A stretch of DNA of 64,000 bases from Candidatus Omnitrophota bacterium (GCA_043821705.1 JBDRCN010000035.1:43321-107320); one strand, 5' to 3'; positions 47,272 through 58,236 are shown, counted from the stretch's first letter. Numbers and translations: made by a program. Notes: a model not told the origin generated them from the sequence alone.

Positions 47272-49003
47272 AAAACTTGTCAGTCTTGCCTTCTGCTATA
47301 TCGATCATATTTTGTACGCGATGAGCTGTCGTGTGTTTTTCCTCTGCTAAGCATTGAGCATTTTTCCCTATCTCTTCTCTTTCTTTATCATGCTTAAGAT
47401 AATAATCTATTAAGTCGAACATCTCTAATTCACTTTCAAACCAAAGTATATGTTCTTTATTTCTAGCAAATCTTTCTATACCAGAGAACCTCTTAGTAAG
47501 GTAGACTGAACCACATCCCATAGCAATAAAGAATCTATTGGAAGTGTAATACAGGTAAGGAAAATCACTTACCCCAAAGACAAACTTGGACCGAGTATAA
47601 AATTCTACAACATTGCTTCTTACATTATTCCTTATAGAGACCTTATATCTCTCTTTTAGTTTTTCTAGTAAGACCCTACGTGTAGAATGGACAGACGCCT
47701 TACTTAAGGCTCCTGTAAAAGCAACATCATGCTCCTGGGGGACATCCATGCGATGAAATACATATGGCATGTAAGACTGTGCCATAAAATATACCCTATC
47801 AAGCTTAAAGATCTTCTTATATTCTTCTATAAGTCCTGCATTACTAAGGAACATGACATCGACCACCCCTCTCAAGTCAACATCACTAGGCAAAGTAGGA
47901 TCAGTAAACCAAAACAATACCTTTGTACCAGCCTCTCTTAGTTCTTTTTTTATATCAAAGAGTACGGGCAATACCTCTTTTAATCTTGTTACTATATATT
48001 TTGGCTTATAAGAAAGGATGGCGTCCTGAATGACCTTATGGTTTATGTTTCTCATACCGTCTATAGAAAAGCAATCATAGCCTAATTTTTCAAAAGCAAG
48101 CGGAAGCCCATCCTCATCAAAGCCAAGATGAGTATTCCTAAACATAAGATAATGTTCTATACAGCAGACCCTCTTTTTGACTTCAGTCTTGGTAGCTAAC
48201 TTGGATATTTTTATATGCTTTGTAAGGGTTGCTTTTATCAATCCATCCTTTGTCTCAAGTTTCTCAAGTGAAAATCCTATCCCGCGCAATATATGTACTA
48301 GATTAGATTTATCAAAGAAATTTAAAAGCCTTCCATCCTCTTCTAGCGTTTCTATCTTTACAAATATATCCACGATAGTATTTTCATTGATACTATCAAA
48401 AAGTTCTTGAAGGAACTTTAACATGTCCACTGGATTCAAACATTCCAATATGTTCTTTATAACAATATTGGATTCTTTTTTGGATCTTTCTAATATCCCG
48501 CTTACATCTACGCTGCTTTTAACATCTTTTGGAGAGCATAAAAAATGTGCAATAGGTAAAAGACCTTTTGAATCCTTGCAGATAAACTCGAATCCCGCCT
48601 TTTTCAACATACCCAATACTTTTCTATCCCTATCCATATTAAAATTATCTAATGTCAGAACAGAATTCAGTACCATGACTCTTGTCCATTCTCTAAAGAC
48701 ATTTTCTAAGTCATACTTTTTAGTATTAATAGCCTCGAGATCAGATATAATGAACTTCACATTATTTTTACCAAAAGGAAGCCTGTCCATTCTAGCTACA
48801 AAGACCCTGCCTTTTGTCCTAGTGTCCTCGATATTCACATAACCATAGTAAGCATCCCCTCTACAGTTCAGGTTGAGCCTGTAGAACCTGGAATCATCGA
48901 ATAGAAGTGCACCTTTCTTCTTCTCTATCATAAAAGGAGTGATCTTATAGCGGATGGTGTTTAAAAGAGTTGAGTTGTTGTAAAAGCTTTTTAGCATCTT
49001 CAT
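47255..49003 (-). CDS. two-domain protein with a C-terminal CgeB-like / GT1-like glycosyltransferase domain
   Basis: 582 aa. The C-terminal ~250 aa resemble the CgeB/DUF3880 glycosyltransferase fold. The N-terminal half is unassigned. Confidence 0.4.
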   Translation of the reverse strand: MKMLKSFYNNSTLLNTIRYKITPFMIEKKKGALLFDDSRFYRLNLNCRGDAYYGYVNIEDTRTKGRVFVARMDRLPFGKNNVKFIISDLEAINTKKYDLENVFREWTRVMVLNSVLTLDNFNMDRDRKVLGMLKKAGFEFICKDSKGLLPIAHFLCSPKDVKSSVDVSGILERSKKESNIVIKNILECLNPVDMLKFLQELFDSINENTIVDIFVKIETLEEDGRLLNFFDKSNLVHILRGIGFSLEKLETKDGLIKATLTKHIKISKLATKTEVKKRVCCIEHYLMFRNTHLGFDEDGLPLAFEKLGYDCFSIDGMRNINHKVIQDAILSYKPKYIVTRLKEVLPVLFDIKKELREAGTKVLFWFTDPTLPSDVDLRGVVDVMFLSNAGLIEEYKKIFKLDRVYFMAQSYMPYVFHRMDVPQEHDVAFTGALSKASVHSTRRVLLEKLKERYKVSIRNNVRSNVVEFYTRSKFVFGVSDFPYLYYTSNRFFIAMGCGSVYLTKRFSGIERFARNKEHILWFESELEMFDLIDYYLKHDKEREEIGKNAQCLAEEKHTTAHRVQNMIDIAEGKTDKFYGFLD

Positions 49004-49008
49004 CTACG

Positions 49009-49695
49009 TTAAAACTTATATATCTTTCTTTTTTTAACAAGCGACAGGCTCTTGCCTTTGACTTTCTTTGCTTTTATATAATATTGATAGGTAAGCAGGT
49101 CTTTTAATACACCAAATAATAAGAAATTGGCTATCTTAAAACCTCTTGCACTAGAGATATTGCGCTCAATCCTTACTATCTCACATCCTGCATCCATGAA
49201 TAACTCTTTCATATTTACCAAAGTAAAAAATCTAACATGATGCTTCCATAATATGCCTTCATCAGTATAATCCCATGTTCCTCCGAATAATAACCTGATA
49301 ATAACCTTATAATAGCGCACATTCGCCATACTAGCGACTATATGACCATCATCTTTCAGATATAGCATATATTTATTTAGAATAGACAGCGGATCTTTAA
49401 AGCAATCTAATACATCGCCGCATAATATACAATCGAAATAGCCTTCTTGATATGGAAGATCTATGTCCTTAAGATCTCCTAAATAGACCTCGTCTAGTTT
49501 CCCCTTGGCTATATCTATTGATCCCTTATCCATATCTATACCTACGACGGTCTTGCCTTTGGACTTTAATCTGTCTCCCAAACTGCCATCATTGCAGCCA
49601 AGATCCAGTATTTTATTGCTGTCTTCAGAAATAAGCGCCAGGAAATTATCTCTTTTGACTTTTTTCTTCTTTTTGATCATGATCTTTAATCCCAT
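49009..49695 (-). CDS. class I SAM-dependent methyltransferase
   Basis: 228 aa. SAM motif I ILDLGCNDGSLG and motif II DCILCGDVL. Confidence 0.65.
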   Translation of the reverse strand: MGLKIMIKKKKKVKRDNFLALISEDSNKILDLGCNDGSLGDRLKSKGKTVVGIDMDKGSIDIAKGKLDEVYLGDLKDIDLPYQEGYFDCILCGDVLDCFKDPLSILNKYMLYLKDDGHIVASMANVRYYKVIIRLLFGGTWDYTDEGILWKHHVRFFTLVNMKELFMDAGCEIVRIERNISSARGFKIANFLLFGVLKDLLTYQYYIKAKKVKGKSLSLVKKRKIYKF

Positions 49696-50627
49696 CTTTC
49701 TTTGATAAGACTGTCTATTGCCTTATCAATAGCCTCAAGTGAACTATATCTTGTCTTCCACCCTAATTTTTTCATCTTTTTTGTATCTAATAGCATCAAT
49801 GGTACATCGCCCTGCCATCCACGATCAGAACCAGTATATTCGAGTTTAACTTTCTTGAGGCCAAGTTTTTTTACTACTAACTCTCCTATCTTGCTTATAA
49901 GAATGTCATCATCTGATGCTAGATTAAAGACATTGACATCATCCTTAGCCTTATTAAATGCATAAAGAATACCATCTACGCAATCTTCCACCAGGAGATA
50001 GGACTTTCTTTGCTTACCATTTCCCATGATCTGGAGTCTTGTTTTATCTTTCTTTAATTTTTCAATAAAGTCCACTAATATCCCGTGTGTACCTCTTTTT
50101 CCAATGATATTGGCAAATCTAAATATCCAACACTTGAACCCGAACATGTGACAATAACTAGCTATAAACCCTTCACATGCTAATTTGCTTGCACCATAGA
50201 TAGATATAGGAAGCATTGGCCCATAGTCTTCAGGCGTAGGTCTTATAGAAACTTCTCCAAATACAGTAGAACTTGAAGAAAACACTATATTCTTAATATT
50301 ATTGAGCCTCATCGCTTCCAATAGATTATATGTCGCTACTATGCCTTGATTAAAATCCACTTCTGGTGAATGAACGCCACATCTGATGTCAGGGTTAGCA
50401 GCTAGATGGAACACAGCGTCACAGCCTTTAATTGATCTTCTTAATGTGTCTATATCCAATAGATCGGCTTTGATAAATGTCACGTTTTTCTTATTTAGAT
50501 GACCTTCAATAAAGGCTTTTTTTCCAGAACTAAGATTATCATATATAACGACCTCGCCCTTTGAGACCAATCTATCTACTATATGGCTTCCGATAAAACC
50601 GCAACCTCCAGTAATGAAGTATTTCAA
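49686..50627 (-). CDS. NAD-dependent epimerase/dehydratase (extended SDR; UDP-sugar 4-epimerase-like)
   Basis: 313 aa. TGGCGFIGSH Rossmann motif and catalytic YGASK (YxxxK). Confidence 0.85.
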   Translation of the reverse strand: MKYFITGGCGFIGSHIVDRLVSKGEVVIYDNLSSGKKAFIEGHLNKKNVTFIKADLLDIDTLRRSIKGCDAVFHLAANPDIRCGVHSPEVDFNQGIVATYNLLEAMRLNNIKNIVFSSSSTVFGEVSIRPTPEDYGPMLPISIYGASKLACEGFIASYCHMFGFKCWIFRFANIIGKRGTHGILVDFIEKLKKDKTRLQIMGNGKQRKSYLLVEDCVDGILYAFNKAKDDVNVFNLASDDDILISKIGELVVKKLGLKKVKLEYTGSDRGWQGDVPLMLLDTKKMKKLGWKTRYSSLEAIDKAIDSLIKERWD

Positions 50628-50643
50628 ACCTTGCCTCCTAATT

Positions 50644-51213
50644 TTAATACTTATTTTCTATCTGTTCCTTTAAGAAAAGTTTTATCATATGGAGAATTAT
50701 TAGATGGATATCTTCTACCTGTTCCATTACATTGGACTCTACTACTATACTTAAAGAAGCAAGATCTCGCAATCTTCCCCCTTTAAATCCTGTAAGCCCT
50801 ATAGTTATTGCAGAATGCTTATTTGCAGCTTCTATTGCATTTAATATGTTAGGGGAATTCCCGCTTGCACTTATCCCTATAACAACATCACTCTCTTTTA
50901 CTATATTTAAGAGCTGTTCAACAAATATGTTATCGTAACCGCAGTCATTTGCATATGCGGTAGTAGTCGCTACATTATCACATAAAGCAAATATCTTAAA
51001 TCTTTTTTTACCTTTCAGAGAAAGTCCCTTACCAATATCACAAGCAAAATGTGATGCAGTACTGGCGCTTCCTCCGTTACCCATTACTATTATGTGGTTT
51101 CCTTTTTTATAAGCCTCACACAAAATATCAGCTACTTTTTTAAGCTTCTCTATTGCAACACTATCTAATCCGGAATTAATCCCTTCTAAATAAGACCTTA
51201 AAAAATTTTCCAT
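50644..51213 (-). CDS. gmhA: phosphoheptose isomerase (SIS domain)
   Basis: 189 aa. SIS domain with GNGGSASTASH, in a heptose-pathway context. Confidence 0.8.
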   Translation of the reverse strand: MENFLRSYLEGINSGLDSVAIEKLKKVADILCEAYKKGNHIIVMGNGGSASTASHFACDIGKGLSLKGKKRFKIFALCDNVATTTAYANDCGYDNIFVEQLLNIVKESDVVIGISASGNSPNILNAIEAANKHSAITIGLTGFKGGRLRDLASLSIVVESNVMEQVEDIHLIILHMIKLFLKEQIENKY

Positions 51214-51215
51214 AC

Positions 51216-52196
51216 TTACCTCTCTGCGTAAATTATTCTAGAACCGCTTTGTTCAAACTTTATAGGCATATAGTGCAGCTCGCTTAATGCTTTCCTTACG
51301 GTCTTTTGATGTTTCTTCTTGCAATAAAGAAGCATAAAACCTCCCCCTCCTGCTCCTACTACCTTTCCTCCTAAAGCACCTGCATCCAATGCCTTCTTAT
51401 ACCAATCATCTATCAGATGATTGGTAATGCTAGATGTCATCTTTTTCTTAAGTTCCCATCCCTTATTCAGAAGATAGCCAAAATCTTCCAGCCTGGATCG
51501 CTTTTTTTCAAGACATGACTTGAATTCACCTACCATGGCCTTTAGATCACGCAGGATATGTATCCTTCCATGGCTATTCGCCTTCTGCTGGCCCAATATA
51601 ATACCTGCATCTCTTGAGATATTTGTATAAAAAAGCATAAGATTACCTTCTAATCTCTTCATTCTATTCTTATTATCCAACACTGGCTCTACCACAACAT
51701 CTTCACTCTCTTTAAAGATAATGTGTTTCAACCCTCCAAAAGCAGCAATATATTGATCTTGTTTACCTATAGGCTCTCCTACTATATCTATTTCTAACTT
51801 ACAAGCTTCCTCTGCGAGCCTTCTAGGCGTGACCCTCTCACCCTTATAACCATAAAGCGCATTTAAAAGTCCTACTGTAAGACTGCTTGATGAGCCAAGG
51901 CCTGTACCCTTTGCAGGCACATCAGCAATAGTTGTGATCTCTACGCCTTTAGTAACACCGGTCAGTTTCATTGCCTCTCTTACTAGTTCATGGTGCAATT
52001 CATCTACATGGTCTACTATCTCTGTTTTCGTGTAACTAAGACGTATCGAATCATCAAATCTTTTATTTACTGTCACATACATGTACTTGTCTATAGCTGT
52101 TGAGATCACTTCCCCGCCCTCTTTCTTATAAAAAACAGCAAGGTCAGTACCTCCTCCTGCAAAACTTATTCTAAGGGGAGTCCTAGATATTATCAC
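51216..52196 (-). CDS. hddA: D-glycero-alpha-D-manno-heptose 7-phosphate kinase (GHMP kinase)
   Basis: 326 aa. GHMP motifs PLRISFAGGGTD and PAKGTGLGSSSS. It is adjacent to gmhA and a guanylyltransferase. Confidence 0.75.
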   Translation of the reverse strand: MIISRTPLRISFAGGGTDLAVFYKKEGGEVISTAIDKYMYVTVNKRFDDSIRLSYTKTEIVDHVDELHHELVREAMKLTGVTKGVEITTIADVPAKGTGLGSSSSLTVGLLNALYGYKGERVTPRRLAEEACKLEIDIVGEPIGKQDQYIAAFGGLKHIIFKESEDVVVEPVLDNKNRMKRLEGNLMLFYTNISRDAGIILGQQKANSHGRIHILRDLKAMVGEFKSCLEKKRSRLEDFGYLLNKGWELKKKMTSSITNHLIDDWYKKALDAGALGGKVVGAGGGGFMLLYCKKKHQKTVRKALSELHYMPIKFEQSGSRIIYAER

Positions 52197-52882
52197 GCAA
52201 GCACCTCCTCAATATCCTTTATCCCTTCTAGGGTGCCAATATCATAAAATCTCTTAGAGACAACATATCCAGCGAGTTGCCTTTTTTGTATCAAAGAAGG
52301 GTATATTTCTTCCTCTAGTGAAACTTGTCTATCGCCTGGTATCAGATCTAGCACTTTTTTATTAAATATTGCCACACCCGCATCTATATGATCCATGCCA
52401 TGCTCTGAAACCTTGCTATAACCAGTTATCATATTTTTCTCATTAAGCTGGATATTATTCTTCAAAATATTAATTTGATTATCATAAGAGACTATTGTAC
52501 CTAGATAATCATTGTTCAAAGAAAATTCCACCAATCCATGATAATCTATATCCAGATATGAATCGCCATTTAAAAAAAGGAATTTATCAGTAATAAGCTT
52601 CTTTGCATTCTTTAGCGCTCCGCCTGTCCCTAGAAAATCTTTTTCTATCGAATATTCAATATTAACATCAAATTCTGAACCATCTCTGAAATAATCCATG
52701 ATGACTTCTTTTAGATAACAGCAGCAAATAACAAAACTAGTGATCTTATAGGATCTTAATAGGTTTATCTGGTATTCTAGAAAGGGTTTATCCAATATCT
52801 TCACCATAGCCTTAGGAATATTATTAGTGATAGGGCGGAGTCTTGTACCTTTTCCACCTGCAAGTATAACAGCTTTGATCAT
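52193..52882 (-). CDS. hddC: D-glycero-alpha-D-manno-heptose 1-phosphate guanylyltransferase
   Basis: 229 aa. Sugar nucleotidyltransferase motif ILAGGKGTRLRPIT. Confidence 0.7.
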   Translation of the reverse strand: MIKAVILAGGKGTRLRPITNNIPKAMVKILDKPFLEYQINLLRSYKITSFVICCCYLKEVIMDYFRDGSEFDVNIEYSIEKDFLGTGGALKNAKKLITDKFLFLNGDSYLDIDYHGLVEFSLNNDYLGTIVSYDNQINILKNNIQLNEKNMITGYSKVSEHGMDHIDAGVAIFNKKVLDLIPGDRQVSLEEEIYPSLIQKRQLAGYVVSKRFYDIGTLEGIKDIEEVLA

Positions 52883-52895
52883 TTTCAGTTTCTTT

Positions 52896-53939
52896 CTACT
52901 TTTCCAAGAGCTTTAGTTCAGCTTTATGTATCTTCTTAAACATTTCGAATCTGCCTAATAGTGATTTGCTGTTTACATTTATAGAATCGTACTTTTTCTT
53001 CTTTGTAAGTACCTTGAACATCAAAAACACATTAAAAAAAGAGTCCTCATAAAAGATCTTTCTGATATTCCCGTGATTCAGGTCTTTTATCTCTTCTATG
53101 TCGCTCTTTTTCATCATAACATCTATCCAGTTGCCAGCATCAGCAAATGAATACATATTCTCTTTTATCATCTGAAACCCTTCATTCTTGGCATCCTTTA
53201 TCACATAAAGCATCCTTTTCGGCTTTCTATACAACTTATAGAATTTTTCCTTGCTTTCATTAAAAAGTTTTTCAAAGTGTTCCTTCTTTTCTCTGCCTTT
53301 GAAAGAAGCGTGTTCTTCATGGTACACATAGGATCCCAAGGCCATCACTGATTTATATCCTTTTTGTTTGGCCCTCATTGAATATTCAGTGTCTTCAAAA
53401 TATCCTGGCGAGAACCTCTCGTCCCAGACCCCTATCTCATTTATAAGTTTACGCTTTACTAGATAGCAAAACCCTACTGCTGTACCTATCTCGACGAACT
53501 TGCCGGAATTTTCCCTCACGAGCCTTCCAGTAAAATCCTCCAAGGACTCCATCTTCTTTTTTCTTAGCCCAAAAGTATTACTCGAAGGATTTACTATACC
53601 TATATCATCTGAAGCCTCAGCTACCTTTACCATCTCGACTAACCAGTCTTTGCACACAATAGTATCATTATCCAATATACACACATACTCTGCATCTCCG
53701 TAAGTCATGCCCTGGACACCCGCAGTAGTATTCCCCAAGTTTTCCTTATTGACTATTAATTTTATTCTATCAGGGTTATCGCTGGCTGTTTTCTCAAGAT
53801 ATTTTCTGGTATCATCTTTGCTCGCATTATCTATCAATAAAACAGTGTAGGGGAATATAGTGTTGGATAAGATATGATCCACGCATCTTTTCGTAAGTTG
53901 TTTTTTATTCCAGACAGGTATTACTATATCACACTTCAT
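52896..53939 (-). CDS. glycosyltransferase family 2
   Basis: 347 aa. CDIVIPVWN...LLIDNASKDDT...LDNDT (DxD). Confidence 0.7.
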   Translation of the reverse strand: MKCDIVIPVWNKKQLTKRCVDHILSNTIFPYTVLLIDNASKDDTRKYLEKTASDNPDRIKLIVNKENLGNTTAGVQGMTYGDAEYVCILDNDTIVCKDWLVEMVKVAEASDDIGIVNPSSNTFGLRKKKMESLEDFTGRLVRENSGKFVEIGTAVGFCYLVKRKLINEIGVWDERFSPGYFEDTEYSMRAKQKGYKSVMALGSYVYHEEHASFKGREKKEHFEKLFNESKEKFYKLYRKPKRMLYVIKDAKNEGFQMIKENMYSFADAGNWIDVMMKKSDIEEIKDLNHGNIRKIFYEDSFFNVFLMFKVLTKKKKYDSINVNSKSLLGRFEMFKKIHKAELKLLEK

Positions 53940-53940
53940 G

Positions 53941-55035
53941 TCACCATCCGCTCTTTATGGTCTTTATAACTTTTTCTACATCATTATCTGTAAGGTTATA
54001 GTGTAGTGGGATAGAGACATATTCTGGTTCTACTTCATTCATGACCTCTAATTCCTCTAGTCTCTTACCCCCAAAGATAGGATATATATCGCATCTTACA
54101 TGTACCATATGAGATTCAATATCATTGGCTAAAAGTTTTTTCATAAAACCTTTCCTATCCTTGACCCTCATAGTAAACAGCCAATTACCACTTACCCTAT
54201 CATCCTTTTTAGAAAGTAATGTAAGGCCTTCGACACCTTTTAACCCATCTCTATATCTATCAGATATCTCTCTACGCTTTTTTAAAACTTTCTTCAGATC
54301 GTCGAGCTGATCTACGATCATGCTGGCAGCAATATCATTCATGTGATATTTATAACCTACTTCTTTTATCTGGTATTTCCAATATATATCTCCACGGAAC
54401 TCCCTGTCTATGCCATACCACCTTAAAAGTTTAGCTCTTTTATATTGATCCTGTTTTAAGACTGTCAAAAGGCCTCCATCCCCGGAAGTGATCTGTTTTA
54501 TGGCCTGGAAAGAAAAACAAGTAAAATCTCCAATGCTACCGATATTTTTCCCTTTATAAGTCGCCCCAAAAGCATGAGCAGCATCCTCTATCACCGGAAC
54601 ATTATGTTCCTTGCCTATCTTCAGTATCTCGTCCATATCGCATGGATAACCTGCCCAATGGACAACAAGTATGGCCTTTGTCCTGTCCGTTATCTTCTTT
54701 TTTATGCTTTCCGGGTCTATGTTCAATGTATCTCTCTGGATATCCGCAAACACTGTTTTAGCGCCAGTGTAAAGTATGGGTATATTAGTAGCGGAACATG
54801 TCATAGGAGTGGTCACGACTTCGTTATCACTTTTTACTCCTGACATGATCAAAGCAAGATGTATGGCAGAAGTACATGAATTCACAGTGACTGGATAAGC
54901 AAACCCCAGCATCTTCTTAAACTTTCTTTCAGCTTCTTCTACTTTAGGCCCTTGCCCGATCCATCTGGTCTTTAAAACTTCTTTTAGATTATCATATACC
55001 TTCTCTGACATATACGGCCAAAACATATTGATCAT
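53941..55035 (-). CDS. DegT/DnrJ/EryC1/StrS-family sugar aminotransferase (PLP)
   Basis: 364 aa. Fold-type I aminotransferase with the PLP-lysine region FSFQAIKQI. Confidence 0.85.
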   Translation of the reverse strand: MINMFWPYMSEKVYDNLKEVLKTRWIGQGPKVEEAERKFKKMLGFAYPVTVNSCTSAIHLALIMSGVKSDNEVVTTPMTCSATNIPILYTGAKTVFADIQRDTLNIDPESIKKKITDRTKAILVVHWAGYPCDMDEILKIGKEHNVPVIEDAAHAFGATYKGKNIGSIGDFTCFSFQAIKQITSGDGGLLTVLKQDQYKRAKLLRWYGIDREFRGDIYWKYQIKEVGYKYHMNDIAASMIVDQLDDLKKVLKKRREISDRYRDGLKGVEGLTLLSKKDDRVSGNWLFTMRVKDRKGFMKKLLANDIESHMVHVRCDIYPIFGGKRLEELEVMNEVEPEYVSIPLHYNLTDNDVEKVIKTIKSGW

Positions 55036-55913
55036 AGTTCCATCTCCTCTCTTAATAATTTTAAACCTTCATTACAAGTATGCACAGGAACATCCAGCTC
55101 TTTCTTTATTTTTTCTACACACAGGCCTGCCTTTTTAGGCCTTTTTGCTTTAAGCTTTAGGTCCTTTAGGCTGACCTTTTCTATCAAATCCTTATTTAAG
55201 TTGAATATATTTGCTATTTTCTCTATGAATTCCACTCTATTTATAAAATCAGTCCCTGCTACATGATAGGTCCCATTTTTTCTAGACTCAATAAGCTTAA
55301 TAATAGCTAAAGAAAGATCTCCCACATAAGTAGGCGTACAATAAAAATCCTCTGCTGCATATACTTTCTTATTGCTGCGCATATTATTTATGATCTTTAA
55401 TGAAAAATTCACTCCATTTTTTTCTTTCCCAAAAAGTTGAGCTGTTCTAATGATCAAATAATCGTTAAGCCTCTTTTTTATCTCGTTTTCGACTTTTAGT
55501 TTAGTCATACCATAGATATTAAGAGGAGATGGTATGTCCTCTTCTCTATAAGGCCCTTTTTTTCCATCAAATACATAATCAGTTGAAAGAAATACTATTT
55601 TTTTATTCCGTTCCTTTATCTTTTTTATTAATTCAATTGATCCTTCCACATTTATATCTTCTGCTAGATCTTTCTCTGATTCACATAAGTCTACATTAGT
55701 AACACCGCCTGACAATATCGCTATATCTGGATCAAAAGAATCTATGGTTTTTTCTATACCTTCCCTGTCCCTTAGGTCAAGATATGTCATGCCTTCCTCT
55801 GGCGCAGGCTCACAGTATGTGCCTAGCGCTTTCCATCCTTGATTTTTTAGATCTATATATAACCTGCTTCCTAGAACACCTGTTGCTCCAACTAGCAAAA
55901 CTTTCATAAGCAT
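55032..55913 (-). CDS. SDR-family sugar-nucleotide reductase (RmlD / dTDP-4-dehydrorhamnose reductase-like)
   Basis: 293 aa. [12 protein letters not shown] Rossmann motif, YGMTK (YxxxK), and RmlD-like length. Confidence 0.7.
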   Translation of the reverse strand: MLMKVLLVGATGVLGSRLYIDLKNQGWKALGTYCEPAPEEGMTYLDLRDREGIEKTIDSFDPDIAILSGGVTNVDLCESEKDLAEDINVEGSIELIKKIKERNKKIVFLSTDYVFDGKKGPYREEDIPSPLNIYGMTKLKVENEIKKRLNDYLIIRTAQLFGKEKNGVNFSLKIINNMRSNKKVYAAEDFYCTPTYVGDLSLAIIKLIESRKNGTYHVAGTDFINRVEFIEKIANIFNLNKDLIEKVSLKDLKLKAKRPKKAGLCVEKIKKELDVPVHTCNEGLKLLREEMEL

Positions 55914-57007
55914 TCCCCTAGACTGTCTACTATATATTTGATCTCTTCTTCTTTGAGCTCAGGGTACATCGGAAGGCTAAGGACTTCTTCGCAACACTTT
56001 TCTGATATTGGGAAGTCTCCCTTTTTATGGCCTAGCTCTTTATACGCTTCCTGCAGATGGACAGGTATTGGGTAATGGATTATAGTAGGTATGTCCTTGC
56101 TAGTCAAATACTCTATTACCTTTGATCTATTTTTTATCCTCACAACATATTGGTGATATATATGCTTTGCATATTCTGCTTCATATGGCAATACTATATC
56201 AATACCTCTTTTTTTAAATAAATCAGTGTATATAGATGCATTCTTTCTTCTTTTTTCATTCCATTCGTCTAGATATCTTAATTTTACCCTAAGTACTGCA
56301 GCTTGTATTGTATCCAACCTGGAGTTATACCCTTTTATAATATTTTCATATCTGTCTTTTCTTCCATAATCACGTAGAAGTAATAGTCTTTTTTTCATCT
56401 CTTCTGACCTTGTAAGTGCCATGCCTCCATCACCAAAAGCCCCAAGGTTCTTTGTAGGATAAAACGAAAAACAGCCAATATCCCCTATGCTTCCTGCTTT
56501 TTTATTTTTATAGAGCGACCCATGTGCTTGAGCAGCGTCTTCTATGACCTTTAAGTTGTGCTCTCTAGCGATCTCCATGATAGGGTCCATGTCAGCAGCA
56601 TGGCCATAAAGATGTACTGGCAGTATTGCCTTTGTCTTTTTAGTGATAGCTTTTTTTATCTTAACTGGGTCTATGTTATATATCTTCTTGTCTATGTCTA
56701 CAAACACGGGCTTAGCCCCTGTCATTGATATAGCTAATGCTGTCGCGATGTATGTATAACTCATAGTGATAACTTCATCGCCTTTCCCTATCCCGCAAGC
56801 AAGGCATGCTAAAAATAATGCATCTGTCCCAGAATTTAGTCCTATGCCATAATCTGTATTACAGTATCTTGCAAACTCTTCTTCAAAAAGAATCACATCT
56901 TTACCCAGAATAAATCCACACGAATTTAAAACATTCTCTAGAGGGGCCTTTAACTCATCTTTAATAGATTCATATTGCCTCTTGAGTGTAAAAAAATCTA
57001 TCTTCAT
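55904..57007 (-). CDS. DegT/DnrJ/EryC1/StrS-family sugar aminotransferase (PLP)
   Basis: 367 aa. PLP-lysine FSFYPTKNL. It is a paralog of 53941..55035. Confidence 0.85.
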   Translation of the reverse strand: MKIDFFTLKRQYESIKDELKAPLENVLNSCGFILGKDVILFEEEFARYCNTDYGIGLNSGTDALFLACLACGIGKGDEVITMSYTYIATALAISMTGAKPVFVDIDKKIYNIDPVKIKKAITKKTKAILPVHLYGHAADMDPIMEIAREHNLKVIEDAAQAHGSLYKNKKAGSIGDIGCFSFYPTKNLGAFGDGGMALTRSEEMKKRLLLLRDYGRKDRYENIIKGYNSRLDTIQAAVLRVKLRYLDEWNEKRRKNASIYTDLFKKRGIDIVLPYEAEYAKHIYHQYVVRIKNRSKVIEYLTSKDIPTIIHYPIPVHLQEAYKELGHKKGDFPISEKCCEEVLSLPMYPELKEEEIKYIVDSLGECL

Positions 57008-57016
57008 CTCTTCCCC

Positions 57017-58093
57017 CTATTCGATCATATGTAAAACTTTATCAAAAACATCGTCTACGCTCAATGTTTCCAAACATCTTTTATGGCTGCATTCTGGGAC
57101 CTTGAACCTCTTATAACAAGGCCTGCAATCCACTTCTTTAGTAACACTGATATTAGCTAGGCCAGAAGGATAAGCACCATATACTGATTCATCAACTGGC
57201 CCGAATATTGATACAGTCTTAATACCTTGGCTAGAAGCAATATGTAGCGGCCCTCCTTCACTACAGATAAATAATTTTAATCTCTTGCAAAGCTCTGCCA
57301 TCTGCCTTACTGTAGTCCTAGGAGCGATCAGCGTTTTTCTCTCCATGCTATTTTTAATATCTTCTACAAGCCCTTCTTCCCCTGGCCCCCAGATAAAAAC
57401 AACTTTTGCATTAAATTTCTCTATGAGTTTATCAGCTAATAGACTAAATTTATCAGCTGGCCATCTTCTCATACCTCCTTTTTCCTTGCCGAAACTCACT
57501 CCTCCGCCTGGAGCTATGCCTATCAAAACATCTTCATGTCCTATACCTGAAGTCTTTAAAAAACTATCTATATATTCTTTGTCTTCCTTTAAAGTGATAA
57601 GAGTTGTTTTAATGCCTTTAAATCTAGAAAGGTCTATCCTTGAGCATATAAGATCCAGATAATATTCAGCTACTGGCTTGTCATTAAATCCAAAAAATGG
57701 AGTCTTCCCTGTTAAGAATCTCCCTCTTCCTTTATAGTTAAATCCTATTCTTTCTTTAATGCCTATAAGCCAAGAGAGAAATGCATATTCCTTACCAAGA
57801 GAAAGATCTACCACTATGTCGATATTCCTTTTTTTTATCTTCATCCAGAAATCAATTATTTTTCTTAAGGAACCTACCTTATCCCTTTTCCAAAGTGCCC
57901 TATACTCACCCCTGTCAAATACAAATACCTCATCTATGTCAGTATTTGTCTCTAAGATCTCTTTAGTCCTTATATTACATATATAAGCTATATAGCTCTT
58001 TGAGTCAGCCTTTTTCAATACTGAGACTAAAGGCGTAGAAAACAGAACATCCCCAATACCAAATGGATTGATTATAAGTATCCTTTTACCCAT
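57017..58093 (-). CDS. glycosyltransferase family 9 (heptosyltransferase, WaaC/WaaF-like)
   Basis: 358 aa. KRILIINPFGIGDVLFSTP at the N-terminus and the GT9 C-terminal domain (GGPLHIASSQG). Confidence 0.8.
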   Translation of the reverse strand: MGKRILIINPFGIGDVLFSTPLVSVLKKADSKSYIAYICNIRTKEILETNTDIDEVFVFDRGEYRALWKRDKVGSLRKIIDFWMKIKKRNIDIVVDLSLGKEYAFLSWLIGIKERIGFNYKGRGRFLTGKTPFFGFNDKPVAEYYLDLICSRIDLSRFKGIKTTLITLKEDKEYIDSFLKTSGIGHEDVLIGIAPGGGVSFGKEKGGMRRWPADKFSLLADKLIEKFNAKVVFIWGPGEEGLVEDIKNSMERKTLIAPRTTVRQMAELCKRLKLFICSEGGPLHIASSQGIKTVSIFGPVDESVYGAYPSGLANISVTKEVDCRPCYKRFKVPECSHKRCLETLSVDDVFDKVLHMIE

Positions 58094-58148
58094 AAGAATC
58101 AGGATATTATACCATAATATACCTTAATCTATCTATGATTTTATTATG

Positions 58149-58236
58149 ACAGCGGGTCCTGTCCGAGATTCACCCCACAAGTGCTCGCCAAACGCTGCGC
58201 GCTTGCGGGGAACCCCAATCTCGGCCACCCGTTTCG
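58149..58236. repeat. GC-rich ~100-nt hairpin repeat, copy B
   Basis: gacagcgggtcctgtccgagattcaccccacaagtgctcgcc...ctgcgcgcttgcggggaaccccaatctcggccacccg. It is inverted relative to copy C at 60453-60543, which lies on the other side of the 58609..60384 gene. Confidence 0.8.
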
